A stretch of 64,000 nt of DNA from an uncultured Eubacteriales bacterium (lineage in GTDB: Bacteria; Bacillota; Clostridia; RUG12999): positions 10,369 to 74,368 of the forward strand of contig CAZQDP010000002.1 in assembly GCA_964592375.1 (NCBI GenBank), in the 5' to 3' direction. The position numbers and the translations under genes are program-made. Under the pieces are notes generated by a model. That model was not told the origin of the DNA and searched no databases. It worked only from the letters and a program-made list of their open reading frames with translations. Shown piece by piece: positions 49,925-59,735 of the stretch. Position 1 is the first letter of the stretch, and every line of letters begins with the position of its first letter.

Positions 49925-51892
49925 ATGAGAAAAAGAGCACCATATATTGCTATTATTTTTATGATGGCGTTGCAGTTTTTTGCTTTGATACCGACCATGG
50001 CAGCGGAGCTACCGGGTGCCTTCTGGAAGGTCAATGACCTGTATGCGGCAGCGGTGGAACAAAAAAATGATGAAAAAATTCTTTACTATGCACAGCAGGA
50101 ACTGGATCTGCTCCGTCCCCTGTCAAAAACAGAGCAGATAGTGGAGATTTTAGCCTCACGACTGGATCAAATGGGACTTGCCGCAGAACGGCTTGGCAGG
50201 CATCGGGAAGCGGCCGTTTACCTGCAAGAATACCTCCCCTATGCACAGCAAAAGGGCTGGGCGGATGGGGTGAAGATTGCAAAAGCTAAAATATTGCAAT
50301 ACACCCCTGTGCTGGACTTGTATACCACAACAGGGGAGCCTCAAAAGGTTTACGGTGCAAAAGGAGAACCAAAATCCGGCGTTCTCTTTGGCACAACATC
50401 GGACAGTAGCCTGCAGGGAGGCTCTTTAAATGAAAGTATGATACTCCTATACATGGAATTTGGTAATAATGATACAAGGTGGCTTGAAAAATGTCTTTTG
50501 GAGGCGAAGGCGCATGGCAAGGCGGTAGAATTGGCGCTTAACGTGCCGGGCGAGGGTACTCAAATTCCGGAGGTTACAAGCAAAGCGGAGTATGTTGCCA
50601 GTATTTTGAAGCTCATCAACGCCCATCCGGACGTGCAGGTATATCTGCGGTTTGGGGCAGAAATGAATATTTGGAACACCCTTGCAGAGCCAAAAGCATA
50701 CATTGAGGCATTTCGTTTTATCGCTACGCTTGCCCATGAAATAGCACCCAACGTGGCCATGGTATGGAGCGTGAACCAATGCTCTATGTGGAATGTGGAG
50801 ATGAACGATTATTATCCGGGGGATGAATATGTGGACTGGGTAGGCGTATCCGCATATATGCAGAAGTATTTTTTGGGAAGAAACAACTGGGCGGAAGAAG
50901 AACGGTTTAATGAAGTGGTTTTTTTGACGGGAAATAATGCAGATCCCGTCAAAGCTTTAAGCGAGGTCATTGCGAAATATGCAGATAGAAAACCCATCAT
51001 GCTTGCAGAATCAGGAAGTGCTCACTTTGTGCGCACGGTGGGAGAGGATACAACGCAGTGGGCCATTGACTACCTACATAGAATGTATCACTATATCCCC
51101 ATGGTATACCCGGAGGTGAAGCTCATTGCCTATTTTGATAAGGTGATGCCAAACGAGGTAAACGATTATGCACTCTCGTCAAATGAAAGACTCACCGATG
51201 CGTATCAAGCGCTGACTGCTCTACCCACCTTTATTCATGGTACTTGGCAAAATAGCCCTGAGGTTATTTATCAAAAGTGCCCTCCTGTCATTGAAGTAGA
51301 GGATAACACGAAGCCATTGCCAATTGGTGCCTATGTGCACCTATATGGCATTCAAAAGCCAAAAATTGATTATTATATTGATGATCAGTGGGTAGGAGGC
51401 CAAAACGAAGTACCATATAGCCAACAAATCAATTTAACCTCGTTTTCAGAAGGGTCACACAGCCTGCGAGTGAGAGCAGAATACAATAAAGACATTTTAC
51501 TGGAAAAGAACTATACGCTCCAAATCCACAGTGCGTCTCCAATTCGAATTGTGCTAAACGGGAAGCCGGTTAACACAGACGTTGCACCGATTACGGAAAA
51601 TGACAGGACCTTGGTACCCGTTCGAGTGATTTCCGAGGCATTAGGCTTTGTGGTGGAGTGGAAGGGGTCAGAACAAAAAATCACCATTACCAATAATCAA
51701 AAAGAAATTGTACTTATGGTGGGAAGCCTACGGGCGATGGTGGACCAAAAGCAAATCATGATGGATGTGCCGCCAATATTAAAAAAGGATAGAACAATGG
51801 TGCCCATTCGGTTTATTGCCGAAAATATGGGCTGTGAGGTTTCTTGGGATGCACCGTCGCGTTCGGTTCTCATTATAAAGCCTATCACATAG
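49925..51892 (+). CDS. Secreted GH26-like glycoside hydrolase (mannanase-like) with two C-terminal copper-amine-oxidase-N-like stalk repeats.
   Basis: Signal peptide MRKRAPYIAIIFMMALQFFALIPTMAA. LRFGAEMN (GH26 acid/base region R-F/P-G-H/A-E-M-N) and MLAESG (nucleophile region). C-terminal repeats DRTLVPVRVISEALGFVVEW and DRTMVPIRFIAENMGCEVSW. Confidence 0.65.
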   Translation: MRKRAPYIAIIFMMALQFFALIPTMAAELPGAFWKVNDLYAAAVEQKNDEKILYYAQQELDLLRPLSKTEQIVEILASRLDQMGLAAERLGRHREAAVYLQEYLPYAQQKGWADGVKIAKAKILQYTPVLDLYTTTGEPQKVYGAKGEPKSGVLFGTTSDSSLQGGSLNESMILLYMEFGNNDTRWLEKCLLEAKAHGKAVELALNVPGEGTQIPEVTSKAEYVASILKLINAHPDVQVYLRFGAEMNIWNTLAEPKAYIEAFRFIATLAHEIAPNVAMVWSVNQCSMWNVEMNDYYPGDEYVDWVGVSAYMQKYFLGRNNWAEEERFNEVVFLTGNNADPVKALSEVIAKYADRKPIMLAESGSAHFVRTVGEDTTQWAIDYLHRMYHYIPMVYPEVKLIAYFDKVMPNEVNDYALSSNERLTDAYQALTALPTFIHGTWQNSPEVIYQKCPPVIEVEDNTKPLPIGAYVHLYGIQKPKIDYYIDDQWVGGQNEVPYSQQINLTSFSEGSHSLRVRAEYNKDILLEKNYTLQIHSASPIRIVLNGKPVNTDVAPITENDRTLVPVRVISEALGFVVEWKGSEQKITITNNQKEIVLMVGSLRAMVDQKQIMMDVPPILKKDRTMVPIRFIAENMGCEVSWDAPSRSVLIIKPIT

Positions 51893-51912
51893 CAAATCGC
51901 ACGCAAACAGTA

Positions 51913-51940
51913 AAAAGCACCCGCAATAAACGGGTGCTTT
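51913..51940. terminator. Bidirectional terminator between the GH26-like gene and rpmB.
   Basis: Stem aaagcacccg-caataaa-cgggtgcttt. Confidence 0.7.
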
Positions 51941-51989
51941 CATACCTTAAGTCATATTCAATATAAGCACTGACAATGAAAAATCAGGT

Positions 51990-52178
51990 TTACACCGCTC
52001 TTTGCACTTTGCCGGAACGAAGGCAACGAGAGCACACCTTTACTTTTTTTGGTGTACCGTTAACCAAAGCCTTCACACTGCGTATATTTGCCTTCCACAT
52101 GCGATTGGATCTTCTGTGGGAATGGCTGACCTGAATACCGAATGAAACACCTTTGCCGCAAACTTCACATTTTGCCAT
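51990..52178 (-). CDS. rpmB: 50S ribosomal protein L28.
   Basis: MAKCEVCGKG...SHSHRRSNRMWKANI, 62 aa. Confidence 0.95.
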   Translation of the reverse strand: MAKCEVCGKGVSFGIQVSHSHRRSNRMWKANIRSVKALVNGTPKKVKVCSRCLRSGKVQRAV

Positions 52179-52473
52179 TGATTTCTACCTCCTATGTTGA
52201 AAAGCAATTATGAACCATCAAAAACTGCTCAACTGCATGATTGTTAAACATATGTGATATATTTTAACAGAATTTCTCGTCTTTTGCAATAGGTTTTGAA
52301 AACTTTTTTATTTTTTTTATCAAATGCTTCTATTTTTAGCAATTTTCAATAATAAATGCATGAAAAAGCAAATAAAATTATAGAATATTTTCTAAAAAAG
52401 ATATTTAATTTAAATTTTTTATAGTATATAATATAATTAGCGTGTATACTCATGAAAAAAAACGCTGGGCACA

Positions 52474-53454
52474 ATGAAAGGAATGAAGGAAGCAATGAAT
52501 AAATTTTCCATTCAGCTCTCGAAGCTAATAGCGGATTTACATTTAGAGAAAATTCATTATCTGCCCGAAATGGATGAGGTGGAAGTAAGCTCTGCAGATG
52601 TGAACAGACCGGGACTGCAACTCATCGGATTTTTCGACTATTTTGATCCTTCGCGTATTCAAATTATTGGAAAGGTGGAAACCACATATCTCTCCGGACT
52701 TTCACCCGAGGATCGCTGTCGTTTTATCAATCCTTTGTTTTCAAAAGGAATTCCTGCGGTGATTATCACCCGAGGAATGGAAATATCCTCCGAGGTGCTG
52801 GAATCTGCACGTGCAAACAATGTTCCTTTGCTTCGAACGGAGGATGTCAGCAGTCGATTTATGAGCACACTCATTAGCTACTTGAATGTGCTACTGGCGC
52901 CACGCATTACTTGTCATGGGGTTTTGGTTGAGGTATATGGCGAAGGTCTGCTATTGCTAGGAGAGAGTGGTGTGGGCAAAAGTGAAACTGCCATTGAGCT
53001 ACTCAAGCGTGGACATCGGTTGGTTGCGGATGATGCGGTCGAGGTGAAGCGTGTATCGGATAAGACGCTTGTAGGCTCAGCACCGGACGTGATTCGTCAT
53101 TTTATTGAGCTCCGAGGCATTGGGATTATCAATGTTAAAAATATATTTGGTATGGGCGCTGTGAAGGAAACAGAGAAAATTGACCTTGTGGTGCAGCTGG
53201 AGCCCTGGGAAGACAATAAGGAATACGACAGGCTGGGCATGGATACGGAGTATACCACCTTGCTGGATGTAAAAATTCCATCCATCACCATACCGGTGAG
53301 GCAGGGGAGAAACCTTGCCGTCATCATGGAGGTGGCTGCCATGAACAACCGCCAGAAAAAGATGGGCTTTAATGCGGCACAGGAGCTGAATGCAAGGCTT
53401 ATTAAGGACACATCGCAGGATGAAGTTAAACCCGAAAGGACGGAAAAGTTTTGA
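52474..53454 (+). CDS. hprK: HPr kinase/phosphorylase.
   Basis: Walker A GESGVGKSETA and the HprK C-terminal domain. An alternative start is at 52495. Confidence 0.9.
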   Translation: MKGMKEAMNKFSIQLSKLIADLHLEKIHYLPEMDEVEVSSADVNRPGLQLIGFFDYFDPSRIQIIGKVETTYLSGLSPEDRCRFINPLFSKGIPAVIITRGMEISSEVLESARANNVPLLRTEDVSSRFMSTLISYLNVLLAPRITCHGVLVEVYGEGLLLLGESGVGKSETAIELLKRGHRLVADDAVEVKRVSDKTLVGSAPDVIRHFIELRGIGIINVKNIFGMGAVKETEKIDLVVQLEPWEDNKEYDRLGMDTEYTTLLDVKIPSITIPVRQGRNLAVIMEVAAMNNRQKKMGFNAAQELNARLIKDTSQDEVKPERTEKF

Positions 53455-54179
53455 ATATCATATCGGATATGCATATGCATACTGTGGCATCCACTCATGC
53501 TTATGGCACGCTCAGCGAGATGGCGGCTGCGGCAGAAAAAGCAGGACTTTTGGCCATCGCCATTACTGATCATGGGCCGGCACTTCCTGATTCACCCCAT
53601 ATTTGGCATTTTGACAATATGAAGGTTATTCCAAGGGAAATTGGCTCTGTTAAAATACTTCGGGGCATTGAAGCCAATGTCCTTGGCCCCGATGGAAAGA
53701 TTGACATTGAGCATTTCACTTTCAGCATGCTGGATTGGGTTATTGCCAGCATGCATACGCCGGTGTTTGAACCAATGGACGAAGAGGCGCACACCGATGC
53801 ATGGCTCAGCGTCATTGATAATCCCTGGGTGGATGTTTTAGGTCATACCGGCGATGGGCGCTTTCCATTTGATTATGACAGGGTTATTGCAAAGGCGGCG
53901 AGGGCTGGCAAGCTCATAGAGATCAACAGCGCATCTTTTGCCTTGCGAAAGGGTAGCATTTCCAACTGCCGCACAATAGCCCAAAAGTGTATGCAATACG
54001 GTGCGAAAATTGTGGTCAACTCCGATGCGCACACGCCGTGGACCGTAGGACGGTTTGAAAGGGCACTGGAAGTGTTAGAGGATATTGCTTTTCCATGCGA
54101 GCTTGTTGTCAATTCCTCTGTGGAACGGCTTATGGCATATTTGAATAACAGACCCTCAGAGAGAAGGATAGAATGGTAA
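53451..54179 (+). CDS. PHP-domain metal-dependent phosphatase (histidinol-phosphatase-like / YcdX-like).
   Basis: SDMHMHTVAS...ITDHG...SDAH are PHP motifs. Confidence 0.75.
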   Translation: MNIISDMHMHTVASTHAYGTLSEMAAAAEKAGLLAIAITDHGPALPDSPHIWHFDNMKVIPREIGSVKILRGIEANVLGPDGKIDIEHFTFSMLDWVIASMHTPVFEPMDEEAHTDAWLSVIDNPWVDVLGHTGDGRFPFDYDRVIAKAARAGKLIEINSASFALRKGSISNCRTIAQKCMQYGAKIVVNSDAHTPWTVGRFERALEVLEDIAFPCELVVNSSVERLMAYLNNRPSERRIEW

Positions 54180-54192
54180 GGGAGGACATATA

Positions 54193-55131
54193 ATGTATAT
54201 AGGAATTGATTTGGGCGGAACCAATATTGCGGCGGGCTTGGTGTCTTTGGAGGGAAAGATAATTCATAAACTTTCTGTTCCTACCGGAGCCACTCGTCAT
54301 TACACCGAGATATTAAAGGATATGGCACATGTGGCAATCGAAGTGGTCGCGCAGGCGGGCTATACCATGGAGGATGTTATCAGCATAGGCATTGGAAGCC
54401 CCGGCAATTGCGACAGTCAAAACGGCATTTTGGTGTACACAAACAACATTAACTTTTCAAATGTACCGATGCGCGCAGAAATACAAAAATATATTAACAA
54501 ACCGGTGTTTTTAAGCAATGATGCCAACTGCGCCGCGCTTGGAGAATATTTTGCAATCGGAAAGCCAATGAGCAGCTTTATTGCCATCACACTGGGTACG
54601 GGTGTTGGCGGCGGTATTATATTAGATGGCAAGGTATATGCAGGCGCTAACGGTGCAGGAGGGGAACTGGGCCATACGGTTATTGTCCATGGGGGAGAGC
54701 CATGTACCTGCGGCAGGTACGGATGCTGGGAAACCTATGCATCGGCCACGGCGCTTGTTCGGCAAACACGAATAGAAATGGCGAGAAATCCTTTCTCACT
54801 CATGTGCGAGCTGACAGAGAACAATTTGGAGCGTGCAGGCGGAAAAACGGCATTTACTGCCGCGCGTGCAGGAGATCCTTCAGGGCAAAAGGTGGTAGAC
54901 CAATATATTGAATATGTTGCACTTGGTATTGTGAATATCATTAATATATTCCAGCCTGATATGCTGGTCATCGGCGGGGGCGTTTGCAAAGAGGGCGATT
55001 ATCTACTTCATCCCATTCGGGAATTTGCTGCAAAAGAGACATATAAGCATAACATGAGCCCCACGCAAATTGCTATTGCCACACTGGGCAATGATGCAGG
55101 GATTATCGGCGCAGCACTGCTGGGGAAATAG
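54193..55131 (+). CDS. glcK: ROK-family glucokinase.
   Basis: GIDLGGTNIAAG and the zinc motif CTCGRYGCWE. Confidence 0.85.
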   Translation: MYIGIDLGGTNIAAGLVSLEGKIIHKLSVPTGATRHYTEILKDMAHVAIEVVAQAGYTMEDVISIGIGSPGNCDSQNGILVYTNNINFSNVPMRAEIQKYINKPVFLSNDANCAALGEYFAIGKPMSSFIAITLGTGVGGGIILDGKVYAGANGAGGELGHTVIVHGGEPCTCGRYGCWETYASATALVRQTRIEMARNPFSLMCELTENNLERAGGKTAFTAARAGDPSGQKVVDQYIEYVALGIVNIINIFQPDMLVIGGGVCKEGDYLLHPIREFAAKETYKHNMSPTQIAIATLGNDAGIIGAALLGK

Positions 55132-55139
55132 GAGGAGCA

Positions 55140-56045
55140 ATGGTTTATCGGGAGGATTTTTTAGCATCTCTTACCGCACTGGCGGGCAAAGCATATGAAA
55201 ATTATCCGATGTCACGATGCACCACCATGAAAACCGGTGGCAATGCGGACATTTATATTATTCCAAATTCCTCGCAGGCGCTAATGAAGTGCATCGGGTT
55301 ATGCCGCGAACACAACATTCCATATTATGTTATCGGCAACGGCTCAAACCTACTGGTTTCGGATAAAGGAGTTCGAGGGGTCGTGCTGGCAACCGCCGGG
55401 CTTGATCGTTTGTCCTGCAATGGCCGTAGCATTGAAGCGGGCAGTGGGGTTTTGCTCTCTCGCATTGCATCCTTGGCACTGGCAAATGACCTTGCCGGAT
55501 TTGAGTTTGCTGCCGGCATTCCCGGATCACTCGGTGGAGCCGTTGTCATGAATGCAGGTGCGTACGGAGGAGAGATGAAGAATGTGATTTCCTTCGTGCA
55601 TGCATATGTTATGGACGAGGGAAAAACGGTTGACGTAGAAAACTGTCATTTTTCATATCGCAATAGCATATTTGATGAAAACAAGGCGATCGTGCTTGGT
55701 GCTACCATTTCGCTCTCTAAAGGAAATCACGAGGAAATTGCATGTAAAATGAAAGAGTATGCAATCGCTCGCAGAGAAAAGCAGCCTCTCGAATATCCCA
55801 GCAGTGGCAGTATATTTAAGCGTCCTCCGGGGCATTTTGCAGGTGCGCTTATTGAACAGGCAGGACTTGGAGGCTTTGCCATTGGGGGGGCACAGGTATC
55901 GGAAAAGCATTGTGGTTTTATTATTAATATTGGTGGCGCAACCACGCAGGATGTACTTTCTCTCATGGCATATATTGAAGAGAAGGTAGAAGCACAAGCA
56001 GGAGTAAAGCTACAGCCGGAGGTAAGGGTTGTAGGTGAATTTTAG
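55140..56045 (+). CDS. murB: UDP-N-acetylenolpyruvoylglucosamine reductase.
   Basis: FAD-binding N-terminus and C-terminal MurB domain, 301 aa. Confidence 0.9.
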   Translation: MVYREDFLASLTALAGKAYENYPMSRCTTMKTGGNADIYIIPNSSQALMKCIGLCREHNIPYYVIGNGSNLLVSDKGVRGVVLATAGLDRLSCNGRSIEAGSGVLLSRIASLALANDLAGFEFAAGIPGSLGGAVVMNAGAYGGEMKNVISFVHAYVMDEGKTVDVENCHFSYRNSIFDENKAIVLGATISLSKGNHEEIACKMKEYAIARREKQPLEYPSSGSIFKRPPGHFAGALIEQAGLGGFAIGGAQVSEKHCGFIINIGGATTQDVLSLMAYIEEKVEAQAGVKLQPEVRVVGEF

Positions 56046-56059
56046 AAAGGAATTGCCAT

Positions 56060-56920
56060 ATGAGATTTGTAATTATAACGGGGATGTCCGGAGCAGGAAA
56101 GAGTAGTGCTATCAAGGCCATGGAGGACATGGGCTTTTATTGTGTAGACAATATGCCGCCTGCACTCATTCCTAAATTTATCGAAATCTGCAAGCAGTCC
56201 GGCGGGAAAATAGAAAATGCCGCACTGGTTGTTGATTTGCGAGGCGGCGAGCTGTTCAATCAGCTTTTTGACACCTTACCCGAAATACAAGCCACCGGCG
56301 TGGAATACGAAATATTATTTTTGGACTGCAATGATGAAGTATTGGTTCAGCGGTATAAGGAAACCAGGCGCAACCATCCACTCTCGAGTGGAGGCTCCAT
56401 TCTTACCGGTATCCTCATGGAGCGGCAATTGCTCTTTGAAATTCGTTCGCGTTCAAAATATATTATTGATACCACCAAGCTTGCCGGTGCGCAGCTCAAG
56501 AGCGAGATTACAAAAATCTTCATGGCACAAGCCAAATACAAAGGAATTGTGATTAATGTTGTATCCTTTGGATTTAAATATGGCATTCCAATCGATGCGG
56601 ATTTGATTTTTGATGTGCGTTTTCTGCCAAATCCCTATTATATTCCGGAACTGAAGCATAAAACGGGCATGAATGAAGAGGTTAAAAAATATGTATTTTC
56701 CCATAAGCAAACAGGCGAGTTTATGGGTAAGCTCACAGATATGATTGAATTTTTAATTCCTCATTATATTGAAGAGGGCAAAAACCAGCTTATTATTGCC
56801 ATCGGTTGCACCGGCGGTAAGCACAGAAGCGTGGCCATTGCCACGGAACTGTATCAGTTTCTTGATAGTCGTGATCACCAGGTGATTGTACAGCACAGAG
56901 ATTATAGCAAGGACAAATAA
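56060..56920 (+). CDS. rapZ: RNase adapter protein RapZ (YvcJ).
   Basis: MRFVIITGMSGAGKSSA Walker A and overall RapZ length. Confidence 0.9.
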   Translation: MRFVIITGMSGAGKSSAIKAMEDMGFYCVDNMPPALIPKFIEICKQSGGKIENAALVVDLRGGELFNQLFDTLPEIQATGVEYEILFLDCNDEVLVQRYKETRRNHPLSSGGSILTGILMERQLLFEIRSRSKYIIDTTKLAGAQLKSEITKIFMAQAKYKGIVINVVSFGFKYGIPIDADLIFDVRFLPNPYYIPELKHKTGMNEEVKKYVFSHKQTGEFMGKLTDMIEFLIPHYIEEGKNQLIIAIGCTGGKHRSVAIATELYQFLDSRDHQVIVQHRDYSKDK

Positions 56921-56936
56921 GAAAGGTCATCCATCC

Positions 56937-57854
56937 ATGTCATTTACCAAAACCATCAAGGACGAGCTACTAAAAAAAGAGCACGAACAAAGCTGCTGTC
57001 AATATGCAGAGCTAGCCGGCATCGTTGGGTATGCCGGTGTCGTTCTGCAAGAAAAAGGGGATTTTATTATCAAAGCCTCTACAGAAAATGCAGCACTGGC
57101 GCGGCGACTGATTACGCTTTCACGAAGATTGTTTGGCTGCACCGTCAATGTGCAGATAAAGCAACACAAAAATGAAAAGGCGTTTCATAATTATGTCATT
57201 CGCCTCTCGGGGGCGGGGGACATGCTGCGTAGTATTGGCATGCTCAGCGGTGCATCGCCCGCATTTCGGGTGCCGACAGAATTCGCTTCGTATGACTGTT
57301 GCAGCGGTGCGTATATCAAAGGTGCATTTTTGGGGGGTGGCTCCATTGCCAATCCTGAAAAGCGGTATCATCTTGAGTTTGTTACCGGGCATTATCTTCT
57401 CAGTCGTGATTTTAAAGAGATTTTCGTCAAATTTGGGATAACGGCCAAAACCGTGGAGAGAAAATCAAACTATGTCACGTATTTTAAAGACAGTGAAACA
57501 ATCTGCGATGTATTGGCTGCCATGGGCGCACACAATGCGGTGATGAGCATATACAATGTGAAAATTCTAAAGGAAGTAAAAAATCAGGTCAATCGTGTCA
57601 ATAATTTTGAAAAAGCAAATATCGATAAAATGGTCAATGCATATTTATATCAAGCGGAGGCGATACGAAAAATCGATCGTGAAATGGGGCTTGAAAATTT
57701 ACCGAGGCACTTGCAACAGGTTGCTGCGCTTCGTCTTGCAAATACGGATGCCAGCTTGCAGGAGCTGGGCCAAATGCTTAGCCCTCCGGTGGGGAAATCA
57801 TGTATTAATCACCGCCTGAGAAGCATCATGAAAATAGCGGATAAAATGGAATAA
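56937..57854 (+). CDS. whiA: Sporulation/cell-division DNA-binding regulator WhiA.
   Basis: LAGLVGY-type LAGLIDADG-like N-domain and a C-terminal HTH. RBS gaaagg. It starts 16 nt after the rapZ stop. Confidence 0.85.
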   Translation: MSFTKTIKDELLKKEHEQSCCQYAELAGIVGYAGVVLQEKGDFIIKASTENAALARRLITLSRRLFGCTVNVQIKQHKNEKAFHNYVIRLSGAGDMLRSIGMLSGASPAFRVPTEFASYDCCSGAYIKGAFLGGGSIANPEKRYHLEFVTGHYLLSRDFKEIFVKFGITAKTVERKSNYVTYFKDSETICDVLAAMGAHNAVMSIYNVKILKEVKNQVNRVNNFEKANIDKMVNAYLYQAEAIRKIDREMGLENLPRHLQQVAALRLANTDASLQELGQMLSPPVGKSCINHRLRSIMKIADKME

Positions 57855-57916
57855 CTTCTGCTGTAAAAAACCATTTTTCGATATTGATGCAGAAAAATAT
57901 AAAGGGAGAGTGTACC

Positions 57917-58726
57917 ATGAATATTCCTCTTTGGGAGAAAGAAGCCCCATTTTTTGATATAAAGATAGGGCAGGAAGCCCCTTCGCTCACAAGCTTTCGA
58001 TTAGGCTCATCTGCAAGGCGCGGGGCAGTCATCGTTCTGCCGGGCGGCGGATATCAAATGCGTGCGGAGCATGAAGGAAGACCGGTTGCAAAATTATTCA
58101 ACAATGCAGGCTTCCATGCGTTTGTTTTAAATTACCGCTTTGCACCGTATCGGCATCCCGCCGCACTGCTTGACATTCAGCGGAGCATTCGCCTCTTGCG
58201 AAGCCGTGCAGAGGAGCTTTGCATTATTCCGGATAAGATTTTTGTCATAGGATTTTCCGCAGGTGGTCATCTATGCGCCGCTTCAGCGCTCATGCCGGGT
58301 GAACCGCTTCCTTTTACAGATGAAATAGATACTACCTCTTGCAGGCCGGATGCCGCGATTTTGTGCTATCCGGTTATTGATATGGCCTCGAAATGGGCAC
58401 ATAAGGGCTCGGCGGCCAATCTTTTGGGCGCAAATGCGAGCATGGAAGCACTCACTTTTCACAGCATGCAAAATCGAGTCACTGCGGATGCACCACCTTT
58501 CTTCATTTGGCATACAGCCGACGATAATGCGGTGCCCGTAGAAAATTCTCTCTTGCTTGCAAATGCATTATCGGAAAAGAGCATACCCTACGAAATGCAT
58601 ATATTCCCAAATGGCCCTCATGGCCTTGGTCTCGCACAGCAGACCGCCGGTGCATGTCTGTGGCCGGATTTGTCCATTGGCTTCCTAAACTATCTGGAAG
58701 AGGCAAAAAGCCAAAAATCAGAGTAA
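57917..58726 (+). CDS. Alpha/beta-hydrolase fold esterase / acetyl esterase.
   Basis: GFSAGGHL nucleophile elbow and an HGGG-like VLPGGGY motif. Confidence 0.75.
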   Translation: MNIPLWEKEAPFFDIKIGQEAPSLTSFRLGSSARRGAVIVLPGGGYQMRAEHEGRPVAKLFNNAGFHAFVLNYRFAPYRHPAALLDIQRSIRLLRSRAEELCIIPDKIFVIGFSAGGHLCAASALMPGEPLPFTDEIDTTSCRPDAAILCYPVIDMASKWAHKGSAANLLGANASMEALTFHSMQNRVTADAPPFFIWHTADDNAVPVENSLLLANALSEKSIPYEMHIFPNGPHGLGLAQQTAGACLWPDLSIGFLNYLEEAKSQKSE

Positions 58727-58766
58727 GTGTTATTGGATACTCCTTGAGAGTTTTGGAGGTTTTATC

Positions 58767-59648
58767 ATGGCGAACAGAAGCAGATTTCATTTCGATTTGG
58801 TATACGAAGGCAAAAAGCAGCGGTATGGAGACATCATTTTGCTGCAAGCAGGGGATTTAAGCTGTGAGGCAGATTATAATGTGGGTCTTCACCGCCAATG
58901 GGGATATGAAATTACATATGTGGTATCGGGAAGAGGAAAATGCCAAATCGATGGTTTGCAATGCGATCTTGTGAAGGGAGACGTGCAGTACAGCCATATG
59001 TCGGAGATCCACAATATTATGTCGGATAGCAAGGATCCTATTCGGTTTTTTTATATCGCCTTTGATCTTGTGCCGGAGCAGACCGGGGCACTTGGGGAAA
59101 TGCTTCAATACCTTGAAAAAACGCCTCGCAGAATTGTGAAGGAACGATTTGACCTTTACGCTAAATTTACCGCCATATTTGGCGAGTTGATTGACAATCA
59201 CCCATATAGCAGCACAGTGCTCCATCATCTCATTGAAAATATTATCATCTATACATACCGAAGCTTTTTTCTTGATCAAAATCATCTGTATAATCCCAAG
59301 GCCTACAAAGGGAGTATTGCATATGATATTATGCATTACATCGACTGCAATATCGAGAAGGTGCAAAAACTTTCCGATGTTACCGCAGAGTTCGGATACA
59401 ATTATAGTTATATTTCTCGTCTTTTTTCAAAAATCACCGGTTTCTCGCTGAAGGAATATGTGGAAACACGCAAATTTTCAAAGGCGAAGGATATGCTGGT
59501 GGGCAGTGACCTATCCATTACCGACATCAGCGAGCAGCTGGGTTTTGGCTCTTTGCATATCTTTAGCCGTGCTTTCACGCGCCATTGTGGCATATCTCCT
59601 TCGGGCTACCGAAAAAAGGCCGTGATTTCTGATGTAAAGAAAAAATAA
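58767..59648 (+). CDS. AraC-family transcriptional regulator (cupin sensor plus HTH).
   Basis: C-terminal AraC HTH signature (ISRLFSKITGFSLKEY...FGSLHIFSRAFTRHCGISPSGYRK). Confidence 0.85.
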   Translation: MANRSRFHFDLVYEGKKQRYGDIILLQAGDLSCEADYNVGLHRQWGYEITYVVSGRGKCQIDGLQCDLVKGDVQYSHMSEIHNIMSDSKDPIRFFYIAFDLVPEQTGALGEMLQYLEKTPRRIVKERFDLYAKFTAIFGELIDNHPYSSTVLHHLIENIIIYTYRSFFLDQNHLYNPKAYKGSIAYDIMHYIDCNIEKVQKLSDVTAEFGYNYSYISRLFSKITGFSLKEYVETRKFSKAKDMLVGSDLSITDISEQLGFGSLHIFSRAFTRHCGISPSGYRKKAVISDVKKK

Positions 59649-59735
59649 TCAAATAGAAATATAATGTACATGGATTTTTACATTAGCAATTGTTATAATG
59701 ATAATATACTGATATAGAGAGGAATGAATAAAACC

